Shown: positions 46,829 to 56,323 of the stretch, in pieces | Layout: every line of letters starts with the position of its first letter | How positions within the stretch are numbered: the stretch's first letter is position 1 | Source of the DNA: Myxococcales bacterium UBA1660 | GTDB lineage: Bacteria; Myxococcota_A; Polyangia; Polyangiales; Houyiibacteriaceae | Reading direction: 5' to 3' | DNA length: 64,000 nt | Assembly: GCA_002320815.1 (NCBI GenBank) | Contig: DCLA01000076.1 | Coordinates: 3,071 to 67,070 of the forward strand | Translations under genes and position numbers: made by a program | Notes under the pieces: generated by a model | The model's input: only the letters and a program-made list of their open reading frames with translations | Told to the model about the DNA's origin: nothing | Database searches by the model: none

Positions 46829-47713
46829 ATGATGAAGCGCATCCTCCTCTCGGCGGTCTTCGTGGCGTTGGCCGCGGGTCCCGCCCTCGCCCAGGACACC
46901 TTCGTCCCCCACGACCGCGACCGGGGTGAGCTGAGCCCCGGCACGGGCGCGCCCACCACCGACCAGATGCTTCGGGCCGCCGAGGGTGGAGGCACTACCT
47001 CCTCGCTCATCGCGACCCTGGAGTACGGCGAACGCGTCGAGTGCCACGCCTGCGTGGCCCCGCTCACCCGGGCGCTCCTCGAGTCGCGGGATCCCGAAGT
47101 GCGGCGCATCAGCGCCTGGTGGCTCCGGCGACGGCTCTTCGCCATCGGCGCGATCATGGCGCAGATGAAGGACACCCTCGCGGGCGACACGGATCCGATC
47201 CGCCGCGCTCGCGCCGCGATGGCCATCGGCGAGTTCCTCGATCCCAACGGGCTCCAGCCGCTGACCGCCGCCTACGAGACCGACACCGATCCCGGCGTGC
47301 GCACCGCAGTCGTCACCGCCCTCGGGCGCCTGAACCACCCGGCCGGCACCGCGACCCTCGCGGCCGCCCTCGGCGACGACGCCGTCGAGGTCCGCCGCGC
47401 CGCGGTCGACCAGGTCCTCAAGGTGAACTTCTTCCGCGAGCACGACGCGCTCATCGGCGCCCTGGCCGACACCGACGACGAGGTCCGCATGCGGGCCGCT
47501 CGCCTCAACGGCGTCTTCCAGGTCGACTCGGCGGTCCCCGCCCTGATGGGCATGCTGGCCAGCGACGGGAACATGCGGGTCCGCCAGGCGGCCGCCTGGG
47601 CGCTGGGCAAGATCGGCACCGCCGAGGCGCGGGCCGCGCTGCGGACCGCGGCGTCGGTGGAGGAGTCCAGTCTGGTACGCGACGCCATCGACGTCGCCAT
47701 GCGGATGCGCTGA
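46829..47713 (+). CDS. Periplasmic HEAT-repeat protein
   Basis: Signal MMKRILLSAVFVALAAGPALA. Repeated DPxVRxxAxxALG(R/K) modules. The alternative ATG 46775 overlaps the upstream stop (TGATG). Confidence 0.7.
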   Translation: MMKRILLSAVFVALAAGPALAQDTFVPHDRDRGELSPGTGAPTTDQMLRAAEGGGTTSSLIATLEYGERVECHACVAPLTRALLESRDPEVRRISAWWLRRRLFAIGAIMAQMKDTLAGDTDPIRRARAAMAIGEFLDPNGLQPLTAAYETDTDPGVRTAVVTALGRLNHPAGTATLAAALGDDAVEVRRAAVDQVLKVNFFREHDALIGALADTDDEVRMRAARLNGVFQVDSAVPALMGMLASDGNMRVRQAAAWALGKIGTAEARAALRTAASVEESSLVRDAIDVAMRMR

Positions 47714-47764
47714 CACGCTGCGGGGACGCCCGGTCGTCCCCGCGCCGTGATAGCTTTCGCCCCG

Positions 47765-50700
47765 ATGCGCGCTCATCTCCGCTCGCTCGTCACCCTCGCG
47801 CCCCTCGCCCTCGCGGCGTTGGGCGCGATGGCGTGTGAAGAGACCCCGCCGCCGGCCTCGTCGTACTACGACGAGCGCATCAGCCCGATCCTCGAGGTCG
47901 GCTGTGCGCAGCAGACCAACGGCTGTCACATCGACCTCGACGGCTCGGCGACCGGCAACCTGGATCTGTCCAGCTTCGACGCGCTGATGCAGCGCGAGGA
48001 CGTGCTGGCGCCCTACGGGCCGTACCCGGTGGGCCTCCTCCTGCTCAAGGGCAGTGACGACGTGGAGATCCCGGTGGAGACCTGGGACGCCGATCCCACC
48101 AGCGGCGAGCGGGTCGCGCGCATCACCACCGACATCCGGCACAACGCCGGGTCCCTCCTCGACGTCGGCTCGACGGGGTACGCGGAGCTCAAGCGGTGGA
48201 TCGCCTCCGGCGCGGAGCGCACCGGCGTGCAGGACGAGACCCTCTCCGCCAACCGCGGCGAGTGTGTGAGCGGCGTGCCCGAGTTCCACGGCTTCGACGC
48301 CGCGGTGGCTCCCGAGGACACCGTCAGCTTCGACCGCTTCCGGAACGAGGTGCAGCCCGTCATGCGCGAGACCTGCGCCGGCAGCCAATGCCACGGTCAG
48401 CGCCTCGCGGACCTCTACCTCACCTGCGGCGACACCGAGGAGGAGCTGCGCTGGAACTACTTCGTGGCCATGGCCCACGTGACCACCCCCGTGTCCACCT
48501 CGGGCATCCTCCGGCGCCCCCTCTCTACCTACCGCGGCGGCAGCTTCCACGAGGGCGGCCACGTCTTCGCGTCCCCCGAGGACGACCGCTACGAGGCCAT
48601 CGCCGCCTGGGCCGAGGACCTGGCCACCCGCCGCCCCGACCTCCTGGTCGACCCCGACCCGGACCCGGGCCTGCGCTTCTTCGCCAACCGGGTCCAGCCC
48701 GCGATGGTGCGCGAGGGCTGCATGTTCCTCGGCTGCCACTCGCCCACGATGTTCCACGACCTGCGCCTCCGCGGCGGCGACCAGGGCGTCTTCTCGCGCA
48801 TCGCGACCTTCAAGAACTACGAGATGAGCCGGGAGCTCCTGGCCATCGAGTCGCCGGACCCCAACGCCGGCCGCCTGGTCGCCAAGAACCTCTTCCCGGC
48901 CACCCAGATCGACGGAGCCCAGGGCATCGTCCACCGCGGCGGCTCGCTCTTCGAGGACTTCTCCGGGGGCGGCGCGATCAACCCGGCGACCGCCGACGAC
49001 TGCGCGAGCTACGACGCCGAGGGCGGCGACCTGAACGAGGTGCCGGCCTACTGCGTCATCGCTCGCTGGCACGAGATCGAGCGCGAGCAGGCCGCCGCCC
49101 GGGGCGAGATCGAACCCCTCGACGCGCCCGTCGATGGCGTGGTCTGGGTCGCGCGGCCGGTGGGCGTCGGCGATCCCCTCGACTTCGACACCTTCCGGGG
49201 CGGCGCCGACCTCCGCTTCGCCTCGGCCTCGCTGGACGCCGGCGGCGCCATCGCCCTCGACGCCAGCGGTAGCCTCCTCGGCGGCTGCGCGGGCCTCGGC
49301 GGCGACGTCGACGTGCGCACCCCGGCGGTGAGCTGGGACGGCAGCCGCATCGCCTTCGCGGCGCGGACCGCGGCCAGCGAGCCCCTCCGGCTCTACTGGA
49401 TGAACGCCGACGGCTCCGGGTGCGAACCGGTCCCCGGGACCGAGACCCCGCCGAGCGAGAACGGCATCCTGGTCCACGACTTCGACCCCGCCTGGGCCCC
49501 CGACGACCGCCTCGTCTTCGCCAGCACCCGCGGCAACGTGGACGGCGCGGTGGACTACCGGGGGCCCACGCGGACGCCGGCGGCGATGCAGCCGAACGCG
49601 AACCTCTTCGTCCTCGAGCCCGGCGGCGTCCGGCAGATGACCTTCCTGCTCAACCAGGAGCTCGCGCCCAACTTCATGCGCGACGGGCGGCTCATCTTCA
49701 CCACCCAGAAGCGTCAGCCCGGCTTCCACCAGCTCGCGCTCCGGCGGCAGAACCTGGACGGCGGCGACTACCATCCGCTCTTCGGCCAGCGCGAGAGCGT
49801 GGGCTTCGACCGCTCCATGGAGGTCGTGGAGCTCGTGGGCGGCAACGACTACGCCTTCGTGGCCGGGCCGCTGAACGCCGCCGACGGCGCGGGCACCATC
49901 GTGGTGGCCAACCGCTCCATCGGGCCCGACCAGGCCGGGCGCGATCCCGGCGACCGCGACTACCTCCACTCCATGCGGATCCCGGTCCCCGGCGCCTTCG
50001 GCGCGATCCCCGGCGTGCCCAGCGGCCCGGGCGGGCAGGGCGCCTTCCGCTCGCCGGCGGCCTTGCCGACGGGGCGCATCCTCGTGTCCTGTGACCTCGG
50101 CGCGACCGATCTGACCGCCGGCCCCTTCGGCTACCAGCTCTGCGAGATGGACCCCATCGGCGAGTCGGTGCGCGCGGTCGGCGGCGAGGCGGGCATGGCC
50201 AACGTCGAGGCCGTGGCGGTCTACGGGCGCGCCCGGCACCCCATCTTCCACTCGCGCATGGACGAGGCCAACGGCGCCACGCGCATCGACGCCTCGTTCG
50301 CGCCGGCGGCCGAGCTCCACGTGCTCGACTTCCCGCTACTGGAGACGCTGCTCTTCGCCAACATCCGCACGCCGCGGGACATCGATCCCGAGGTCGGTGG
50401 GTTCACCCTCTACGAGGTCCGGCCGCCGCCCCAGGCCGCCGGCAGCTTCGCCGACGTCATGGGCGACGTGGTCACCGACGAGTACGGGATGGTCTACGTG
50501 GACGACGTGGAGATCGGCTGGGTCCCCCTCGAGGGCGACGGCTCCGCGCGCTTCTACGCGCCCGGCGGGCGCCCCTTCCGCATCGGCGTCACCGACGACG
50601 GAGGCGACCTCCTCGCCTTCGGCGCCGACGCGCCCTTCATGGGCGACCGGGTCCAGCGCGAGCAGATGCAGCTCTACCCCGGTGAGCGCTTGCGCCAGTC

Positions 50701-50848
50701 CTTCCCGCGCCGCTTCTTCAACGGACTCTGCGGCACCTGCCACGGCAGCATCACCGGCCGCGAGCTCGACGTCGCCGTCGACCCCGACATCCTCACCCGC
50801 GCCTCCCAAACCTACGCCGCCGAGCTCGCCCCCCTCGACCTCCGCTAG
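47765..50848 (+). CDS. Large lipoprotein (1027 aa): three cytochrome-c-like modules with expanded Cys spacing, PD40-like repeats, and a C-terminal CxxCH
   Basis: Lipobox LAALGAMAC. ISPILEVGCAQQTNGCH (47903-47929, C-X6-CH), VQPVMRETCAGSQCH and VQPAMVREGCMFLGCH (both C-X4-CH). VSWDGSRIAFAA.. and DPAWAPDDRLVFAS.. propeller-like repeats. C-terminal LYPGERL...CGTCHGS. Confidence 0.65.
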   Translation: MRAHLRSLVTLAPLALAALGAMACEETPPPASSYYDERISPILEVGCAQQTNGCHIDLDGSATGNLDLSSFDALMQREDVLAPYGPYPVGLLLLKGSDDVEIPVETWDADPTSGERVARITTDIRHNAGSLLDVGSTGYAELKRWIASGAERTGVQDETLSANRGECVSGVPEFHGFDAAVAPEDTVSFDRFRNEVQPVMRETCAGSQCHGQRLADLYLTCGDTEEELRWNYFVAMAHVTTPVSTSGILRRPLSTYRGGSFHEGGHVFASPEDDRYEAIAAWAEDLATRRPDLLVDPDPDPGLRFFANRVQPAMVREGCMFLGCHSPTMFHDLRLRGGDQGVFSRIATFKNYEMSRELLAIESPDPNAGRLVAKNLFPATQIDGAQGIVHRGGSLFEDFSGGGAINPATADDCASYDAEGGDLNEVPAYCVIARWHEIEREQAAARGEIEPLDAPVDGVVWVARPVGVGDPLDFDTFRGGADLRFASASLDAGGAIALDASGSLLGGCAGLGGDVDVRTPAVSWDGSRIAFAARTAASEPLRLYWMNADGSGCEPVPGTETPPSENGILVHDFDPAWAPDDRLVFASTRGNVDGAVDYRGPTRTPAAMQPNANLFVLEPGGVRQMTFLLNQELAPNFMRDGRLIFTTQKRQPGFHQLALRRQNLDGGDYHPLFGQRESVGFDRSMEVVELVGGNDYAFVAGPLNAADGAGTIVVANRSIGPDQAGRDPGDRDYLHSMRIPVPGAFGAIPGVPSGPGGQGAFRSPAALPTGRILVSCDLGATDLTAGPFGYQLCEMDPIGESVRAVGGEAGMANVEAVAVYGRARHPIFHSRMDEANGATRIDASFAPAAELHVLDFPLLETLLFANIRTPRDIDPEVGGFTLYEVRPPPQAAGSFADVMGDVVTDEYGMVYVDDVEIGWVPLEGDGSARFYAPGGRPFRIGVTDDGGDLLAFGADAPFMGDRVQREQMQLYPGERLRQSFPRRFFNGLCGTCHGSITGRELDVAVDPDILTRASQTYAAELAPLDLR

Positions 50849-50919
50849 GGACGCACTTGCGTACTTGCCGTGGGGACGCACTTGCGTACTTGCCGTGGGG
50901 ACGCACTTGCGTACTTGCG
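50848..50919 (+). repeat. Family-B tandem repeat, 3 x 25 nt (GGGACGCACTTGCGTACTTGCCGTG)
   Basis: Perfect copies at 50848, 50873 and 50898 (the last one ends differently). The array starts within the stop codon of the upstream gene. Confidence 0.95.
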
Positions 50920-50983
50920 CTTCGAGCGCCAAGTGCCCGAATTCATTGGCTCACCCTCGCGCGGTGCCCGCTCCACTCCGGAG

Positions 50984-51069
50984 CCGATGCGCAAGTTGGC
51001 AAGTGCGTCCCCAAAGCAAGTCGGGGCCGATGCGCAAGTTGGCAAGTGCGTCCCCAAAGCAAGTCGGGG
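50984..51069 (-). repeat. Family-B inverted tandem repeat, 2 x 43 nt (CCGATGCGCAAGTTGGCAAGTGCGTCCCCAAAGCAAGTCGGGG)
   Basis: Perfect duplication. It contains GCAAGTGCGTCCCC, the reverse complement of GGGGACGCACTTGC in 50848-50919. Confidence 0.95.
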
Positions 51070-51085
51070 CCGCAACGCGAGGCGG

Positions 51086-51640
51086 TCAGTCGCCGCGGCG
51101 GCCGCTGAGGTGCAGGCGGGTGACCAGGGCCAGGATGCCGACGAGCAGGATGCCGCCCATGACCATGGCGCCCTGGACCAGCGGGCCCTCGGCGAAGGGC
51201 TCGAGGCCGAACTGGCCGCGGTACTGGGTGAAGTCCCCGACGACCTGGAGCCGCTCCTTGGCCACGAAGATCACGGCGCCGGCAGCGATCACGGCGAGCC
51301 CGGTCAGGACCCCGGCCAGGGTGTCCCGCTGGCTGCGCACCATCACCGAGCCCAGCAGGAAGCCGGCGGCCCCGATGCCCACGAGCACGGCGAAGCCCAC
51401 CAGCGCCAGGGCCGAGGGGATGGTCGCCACGTCCACCGTGTAGAGCAGGAACCAGTCGCCGTGGAAGACGTAGAAGTAGACCGCGACCGGCACCAGCACG
51501 AAGCAGGCGAAGACCACGTAGGCCATGAAGCTGCGGGTCAGGAGCGCGGGGCGGGGGCTCACCCGGAGCTCCACGCGGCCGGCGAGCGCGGCGGCGATGC
51601 CCGTCGCGAAGGCGAGGCAGATCAGTGTCGGCAGAGGCAC
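51086..51640 (-). CDS. Integral membrane protein, hypothetical (about 5 TM)
   Basis: 184-aa ORF that is strongly hydrophobic throughout. Confidence 0.55.
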   Translation of the reverse strand: MPLPTLICLAFATGIAAALAGRVELRVSPRPALLTRSFMAYVVFACFVLVPVAVYFYVFHGDWFLLYTVDVATIPSALALVGFAVLVGIGAAGFLLGSVMVRSQRDTLAGVLTGLAVIAAGAVIFVAKERLQVVGDFTQYRGQFGLEPFAEGPLVQGAMVMGGILLVGILALVTRLHLSGRRGD

Positions 51641-51768
51641 GGCGGTGAAGTCAGGGGGGTGACGCGACGTTCCCGGAGGGCGCCGCGGGCGAGAGCATAG
51701 CGCAAACCCGGCTTCGTGGCGCCCATCGAAGTTGACGGGGAGGGCCCCCGGTCGATATCCATGGAGCG

Positions 51769-52095
51769 ATGCGGTCGTGGCTCAGCCGTCTCTTCGAGGG
51801 TCTCCCGGCGCGCGCCGCGGGGGCGCTCCTGCTGACGACCGTCGGTTGCGCGCCGACCATCTACACCGTGAACGTCATGCCCGCCGCCCGCGTGGTGCAC
51901 CAGGCCGAGGAGGCCGGCGCCGCCACCCACGCGCCCTACGAGTACTGGTACGCCCGAGCGCACCTGGACCAGGCCCGGGAGGAAGCGGGCGAGGCGATGT
52001 ACCAGGACGCGATCCGCAACGCGCAGATCGCCGAAGAGTACGGCGTGAAGGCCCTCGAGCTCGCTCGCCGCCGCATGCGTGAGCAGGGCCGATGA
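51769..52095 (+). CDS. DUF4398-like small lipoprotein
   Basis: Lipobox LLLTTVGC and a helical YEYWYARAHLDQAREEAGEAMYQDAIRNAQIAEEY. ATGA overlap with the downstream OmpA gene. Confidence 0.6.
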   Translation: MRSWLSRLFEGLPARAAGALLLTTVGCAPTIYTVNVMPAARVVHQAEEAGAATHAPYEYWYARAHLDQAREEAGEAMYQDAIRNAQIAEEYGVKALELARRRMREQGR

Positions 52096-53195
52096 ACACC
52101 GCGCTCCGTGCCCTCGGCGTGCTCCTCCTCTCCGGGTGCGCCGCCGCCTCCTCGCTCCAGGGCCGCATCGACGGCCTCCGGGAGGTCGTGGACCAGGCCG
52201 AGCGCAACGGCGCCTACGACTGTGCCCCGCGCGAGCTGGCCACGGCCCGGGCCCACCTCGACTTCGCCCACGAGGAGCTGGAGCAGGGCGACCTGCCCGC
52301 GGCCCAGTATCACTACACCGTCGCCGAGCCGAACGCGCGCGCGGCCCTGACCCTCAGCCCGCCGGAGCGCTGCTCCCCGCGGGACGTCGTCGTCACTCCC
52401 CAGCCGCAGCCCGGCGACCGGGACGGCGACGGCATCCTCGATCCCGACGACGAGTGTCCCGACGATCCCGAGGACATGGACGGTGACGCCGACGAGGACG
52501 GCTGCCCCGAGGACGGTGACCTCGACGGCGACGGCCTGAACGACTCGGTGGACCTCTGCGTCGCCGAGCCCGAGGACGCCGACGGCCAGGCCGACGAAGA
52601 CGGCTGCCCCGATCCCGACGACGACCTCGACGGGGTCCTCGACGCCGACGATCGCTGCCGCATCGACCCCGAGGATCGCGACGGCTTCCAGGACGCGGAC
52701 GGCTGCCCGGACCCGGACAACGACGGCGACTCGATCCTCGACGCCGAGGACCGCTGCCCCGACGAGCCCGGTCCCCGCGACGAGCAGGGCTGCCCGCGGG
52801 TCTACGAGGACGTCGAGGTCACCACGACGCACATCCGGATCCTCCAGAAGATCCACTTCGCCTTCAACCGCGCTCGGATCCAGCCGGACTCGTTCCACAT
52901 CCTCGACACGGTGGTGCAGGTCCTCCGCGACTTCCCGGAGATCACCCTGGAGATCCAGGGCCACACCGACTCCCGCGGCCGCGACGCCTACAACGAGCGG
53001 CTCTCCGACCAGCGCGCCGCGGCGGTCCGCACGTACCTGGTGGAGCACGGCATCGACGCCGGCCGCCTGACCAGCCACGGCTACGGCGAGACCCAGCCCC
53101 TGGAATCCAACGGGACCGAAGAGGGGCGCGCGCGCAACCGGCGCGTGGAGTTCGTGCGCACCGACGAAGCGGCCCGGGCCCAGCAGGACCTGTGA
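52092..53195 (+). CDS. OmpA-family lipoprotein with DUF4398-like N-domain and thrombospondin type-3 (Asp-rich Ca-binding) repeats
   Basis: Lipobox LLLSGC. Repeats DRDGDGILDPDDECPDDPED.., DEDGCPD.., DADGCPDPDNDGD... OmpA C-domain ...IQGHTDSRGRDAYNERLSDQRAAAVRTYL...NRRVEF. Confidence 0.85.
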   Translation: MNTALRALGVLLLSGCAAASSLQGRIDGLREVVDQAERNGAYDCAPRELATARAHLDFAHEELEQGDLPAAQYHYTVAEPNARAALTLSPPERCSPRDVVVTPQPQPGDRDGDGILDPDDECPDDPEDMDGDADEDGCPEDGDLDGDGLNDSVDLCVAEPEDADGQADEDGCPDPDDDLDGVLDADDRCRIDPEDRDGFQDADGCPDPDNDGDSILDAEDRCPDEPGPRDEQGCPRVYEDVEVTTTHIRILQKIHFAFNRARIQPDSFHILDTVVQVLRDFPEITLEIQGHTDSRGRDAYNERLSDQRAAAVRTYLVEHGIDAGRLTSHGYGETQPLESNGTEEGRARNRRVEFVRTDEAARAQQDL

Positions 53196-53328
53196 GCGGC
53201 CACAGGCGCCCCGTGTAAGGGGCGATCGGTCATATTGTGACCGCGGCGTTGCTTTCTGATAGCGTCACGCCGCAGTGGGCTGGGGAGTCGTGCCCTGCCT
53301 GCGCGTGGCTTTGGCCCCGACCCTCTGG

Positions 53329-54903
53329 ATGTCCATGCTTTCGCGATTCCGTTCTCTCCTCCTCGTGTCGATCGTTCTCGCCTCGGTCTTCGGCGCCCAG
53401 CCGGCCGAGGCCCAGCTCCGCCGGGTCCTCGACCTGAACCGGCAAGCGATGGACGCCTACACGAACCTCGAGCTGGACACGGCGATGAACCTCCTCCAGG
53501 AGGCGCTGCAGACCGCCCAGCGGGGCGGGGTGACCGGTTCGCCGCTCGCGCGCACCTACCTGAACCTCGGCGTGGTCTCCATCGGTGGCTTCGGCGACAA
53601 CGGCCAGGGCCTCCAGTACTTCACCCAGGCGCTCCAGGCGGACGGGAACATCCAGCTCGACCCGCTGACCAGCACCCCGGACATCCAGTCGGTCTTCACC
53701 CTGGCGCGGAACCGCGCGGGGACCGGTGGCGGCGGCACCCCGAGCGGCGGCGGCGACACCGGCGGCGACGTCGGTGGGGGCGGCGGGGACGTCACTCCCG
53801 TGCCCAGCGGGCCCGGCAACATCCCGCACCGCCCGATCTCCGAGCAGCTCACCAACACCGCGTTGCCCATCTTCGTCGAGGCTCCGGAGGACGCCCCGGT
53901 CGGCGAGATCTTCGTCTACTACAAGGCCCCCGGCATGCGGGACTTCCGCCGGCTCCAGATGCGGCGCATGGACGGCGGCTTCGGCCTCGAGCTCCCCTGC
54001 AGCGAGGTCATGGCCCCGCAGGTCGAGTACTACATCGCAGCTTTCGACGGCGACGGCGACGCCATGGGCACCGCCGGTTCGCCCGAGCAACCCTTCTCGG
54101 TCTCCATCGTCAGCCAGCGGACCCTGCCGCCGGCGGCGCTCCCCGGCCAGATTCCCCCCGAGCAGTGCTCCGACGCCGAGTGCCCGCCCGGCATGGAGTG
54201 CGCGAGCGGCGGCACCGCCGGCCTCGGCGACACCTGCGTCGTCGACGCCGACTGCCGCACGGGCCTGAGCTGCTCCGACAACTTCTGCATCGCCGGTGAA
54301 GAGGACGAGGACAGCGAGCCCGGCGAGACCATCGGCTTCTTCGCCGACGTCGGCTTCTCCGCCGGCCTCGGCTACGCCAGCGGCGGCAAGGAGGCGGACT
54401 CCACCTCCACCGGCGACGGATCCTACGTGGACCCGGAGACCGGCGAGACGTGCCCGGCCGGCGTCGACGCCTGCGACGTGCGGGTCGAGCAGTCCGGCCT
54501 CGTCTTCTCCCCGGCCCTGCGGCTGACCCTGGGCTACTGGATCATCCCCCGCTTCGCGCTCGCGGCCACCGTGCGCTTCAACCTCAGCGCCGGCGAGGGC
54601 ACGCTCAGCAGCCTGATGCTCGGCCTCCGCGCCATGGTGCAGCTCACCACCCCGGCGATGACCGGCTTCCACGCCGACGCCTTCCTCGGGAGCGCCGTGG
54701 GCCAGTATCAGATCGCTCCGCCCCAGGGTGGCGACGCCGAGCCCTACATCATCAGCGGGCTCAACAGCATCCAGATCGGCACCAACATCGGGTACCGGAT
54801 CATGGAGAACTTCGGGTTCAACTTCACCCCCGAGTTCCACCTGCTCTTCCCCAAGAGCCTCTGGGCGATCGACCTGACCATCAGCGCCGCCGTCAGCTTC
54901 TGA
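53329..54903 (+). CDS. Putative outer-membrane protein (TPR-like N-domain, Cys-rich module, C-terminal beta-barrel-like region ending in F)
   Basis: Signal MSMLSRFRSLLLVSIVLASVFGAQPAEA, a Cys-rich CSDAECPPGMEC..CVVDADCRTGLSCSDNFC, and alternating hydrophobic strands ending ...LTISAAVSF. Confidence 0.55.
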   Translation: MSMLSRFRSLLLVSIVLASVFGAQPAEAQLRRVLDLNRQAMDAYTNLELDTAMNLLQEALQTAQRGGVTGSPLARTYLNLGVVSIGGFGDNGQGLQYFTQALQADGNIQLDPLTSTPDIQSVFTLARNRAGTGGGGTPSGGGDTGGDVGGGGGDVTPVPSGPGNIPHRPISEQLTNTALPIFVEAPEDAPVGEIFVYYKAPGMRDFRRLQMRRMDGGFGLELPCSEVMAPQVEYYIAAFDGDGDAMGTAGSPEQPFSVSIVSQRTLPPAALPGQIPPEQCSDAECPPGMECASGGTAGLGDTCVVDADCRTGLSCSDNFCIAGEEDEDSEPGETIGFFADVGFSAGLGYASGGKEADSTSTGDGSYVDPETGETCPAGVDACDVRVEQSGLVFSPALRLTLGYWIIPRFALAATVRFNLSAGEGTLSSLMLGLRAMVQLTTPAMTGFHADAFLGSAVGQYQIAPPQGGDAEPYIISGLNSIQIGTNIGYRIMENFGFNFTPEFHLLFPKSLWAIDLTISAAVSF

Positions 54904-54963
54904 CCGGCCGCCTCTGACCGTCCGCCTCTGACCGTCCGCGCGGCGACTGGCGACCCAACGAGA

Positions 54964-54992
54964 AACGCCCCGGGCTCCTGGCTCGGGGCGTT
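54964..54992. terminator. Bidirectional intrinsic terminator hairpin
   Basis: AACGCCCCGGGC-TCCTG-GCTCGGGGCGTT (12 bp including one G-U pair), flanked by TTTCT-like runs on both strands. It lies between convergent genes. Confidence 0.65.
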
Positions 54993-55027
54993 CTTCGTTG
55001 GGCCGCCGACCCGAGAGTTCCGCCCGC

Positions 55028-56323
55028 TCAGCGCAGGCGGATGAGCCGGGACCCGAGGAGCTGGTAGAGCACCTTGCAGACGTCGAAGGCGCCGAGGTGC
55101 GTCAGCGCGATGATCTCGCGCACCGAGCGCCGCCCGTCGACGGCGTCGAGGACCTGTCGCTCGGTGGGCTGCATCCGCTCCCGCGGGGTCTCCCGGACCA
55201 CGTCGACGTCCACGATGGGGATCTCGTCGAACGACGCGAGCTGCTCCTCGATGAGCCGCCACTCGTCCACTCGCCGGAGTCCCTCCATCAGGATGGAGGT
55301 CATTGGCAACCCCAGCTTCGCCTCCTCGGCCTCGGGCCGGGTGGCGAAGCGGCTGAAGGAGAAGGTCCCCCGGGGCCAGCGGAGCGCCTCGTAGACCAGC
55401 TCGCTGCTCTGCCGGGCCAGCGCGCGGTCGAGCTCTTCCTTGGAGATGGACCCGAGCTTCATCAGCCGGCGCCCGAGCAGCCCCTTGGCCGGGCTCGCCA
55501 GGAGCGGCGCGAGGTCCTCGTCGTCGATGGACGACTCGGCCACCAGGTAGCGGCCGATGCGCAGGTCGACCGGCGTGCCCCGGGCCATCACCAGGTCCAC
55601 CTGCCCGCGGGTCAGGCACATGTGGATCGCCTTGCCGTCGCTCGCGCGCACCGCGAGCACCCCCGTCTGGCCCTGGTGCTGCAGGATCTGCAGCACGTCC
55701 CCGAGGCCCACGTGCTCCAGCCGGCCGTGGAAAGAGAGCTCGCCCTCTTCGGGGTGCCCGGGCAGGCGCCGCCCGAGCTCTTCCACCTTGGTGAAGAGGG
55801 TGTCCGGGTCGAGGTCCTCCAGGGCCGCGCCGATGGCGCCCGCGGCGTCGGGGATCAGCTCGGTGAGCCAATCCGCCAGGTGGGTGCGGATGGCGTCGCC
55901 GGCGGGGTTGGGATCCTCGGGGCCCAACGCCTCGAAGGTCCCGGTGTCGTCCTTCGGAGCCAGCGCGTGGGCCACCGCCGTCAGCAGCGCGTCCTTGCCG
56001 AAGGGCTTCCGGAGTGCGTCGCGGGCCCCGGTGCGCACCAGGGCGCCCGCCGCGTCGGTCGCCGCCATCAGCACCACCGGCGCCTCCCGGAGGTTGGAGA
56101 TGCGTCCCAGCGCCGCGCAGAACGCCGCGGCGTCGAGGGTGCCCGGACCGTTCGGCGTGTCCGGATCGAGGAGCACCAGCGCGGGCACGAAGCGCTGCGC
56201 CTGGGTCAGCGCGTCGTCGGGGCTCTCGGCCTCTTCGACCGCGTACCCGATCTCTTCCAGGGTGCGCCGGACCACCCGCCGGACCGTCGCCGCCCCATCG
56301 ACCACCAGGACCCGGGTGCTCAT
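55028..56323 (-). CDS. Response regulator: receiver domain plus DUF4388 (PATAN) domain
   Basis: ATG 56323. MSTRVLVVDGAATVRR...LLDPD...RKPF receiver. GRLEHVGLGDVLQILQHQGQTGVLAV is the DUF4388 signature. Confidence 0.8.
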   Translation of the reverse strand: MSTRVLVVDGAATVRRVVRRTLEEIGYAVEEAESPDDALTQAQRFVPALVLLDPDTPNGPGTLDAAAFCAALGRISNLREAPVVLMAATDAAGALVRTGARDALRKPFGKDALLTAVAHALAPKDDTGTFEALGPEDPNPAGDAIRTHLADWLTELIPDAAGAIGAALEDLDPDTLFTKVEELGRRLPGHPEEGELSFHGRLEHVGLGDVLQILQHQGQTGVLAVRASDGKAIHMCLTRGQVDLVMARGTPVDLRIGRYLVAESSIDDEDLAPLLASPAKGLLGRRLMKLGSISKEELDRALARQSSELVYEALRWPRGTFSFSRFATRPEAEEAKLGLPMTSILMEGLRRVDEWRLIEEQLASFDEIPIVDVDVVRETPRERMQPTERQVLDAVDGRRSVREIIALTHLGAFDVCKVLYQLLGSRLIRLR

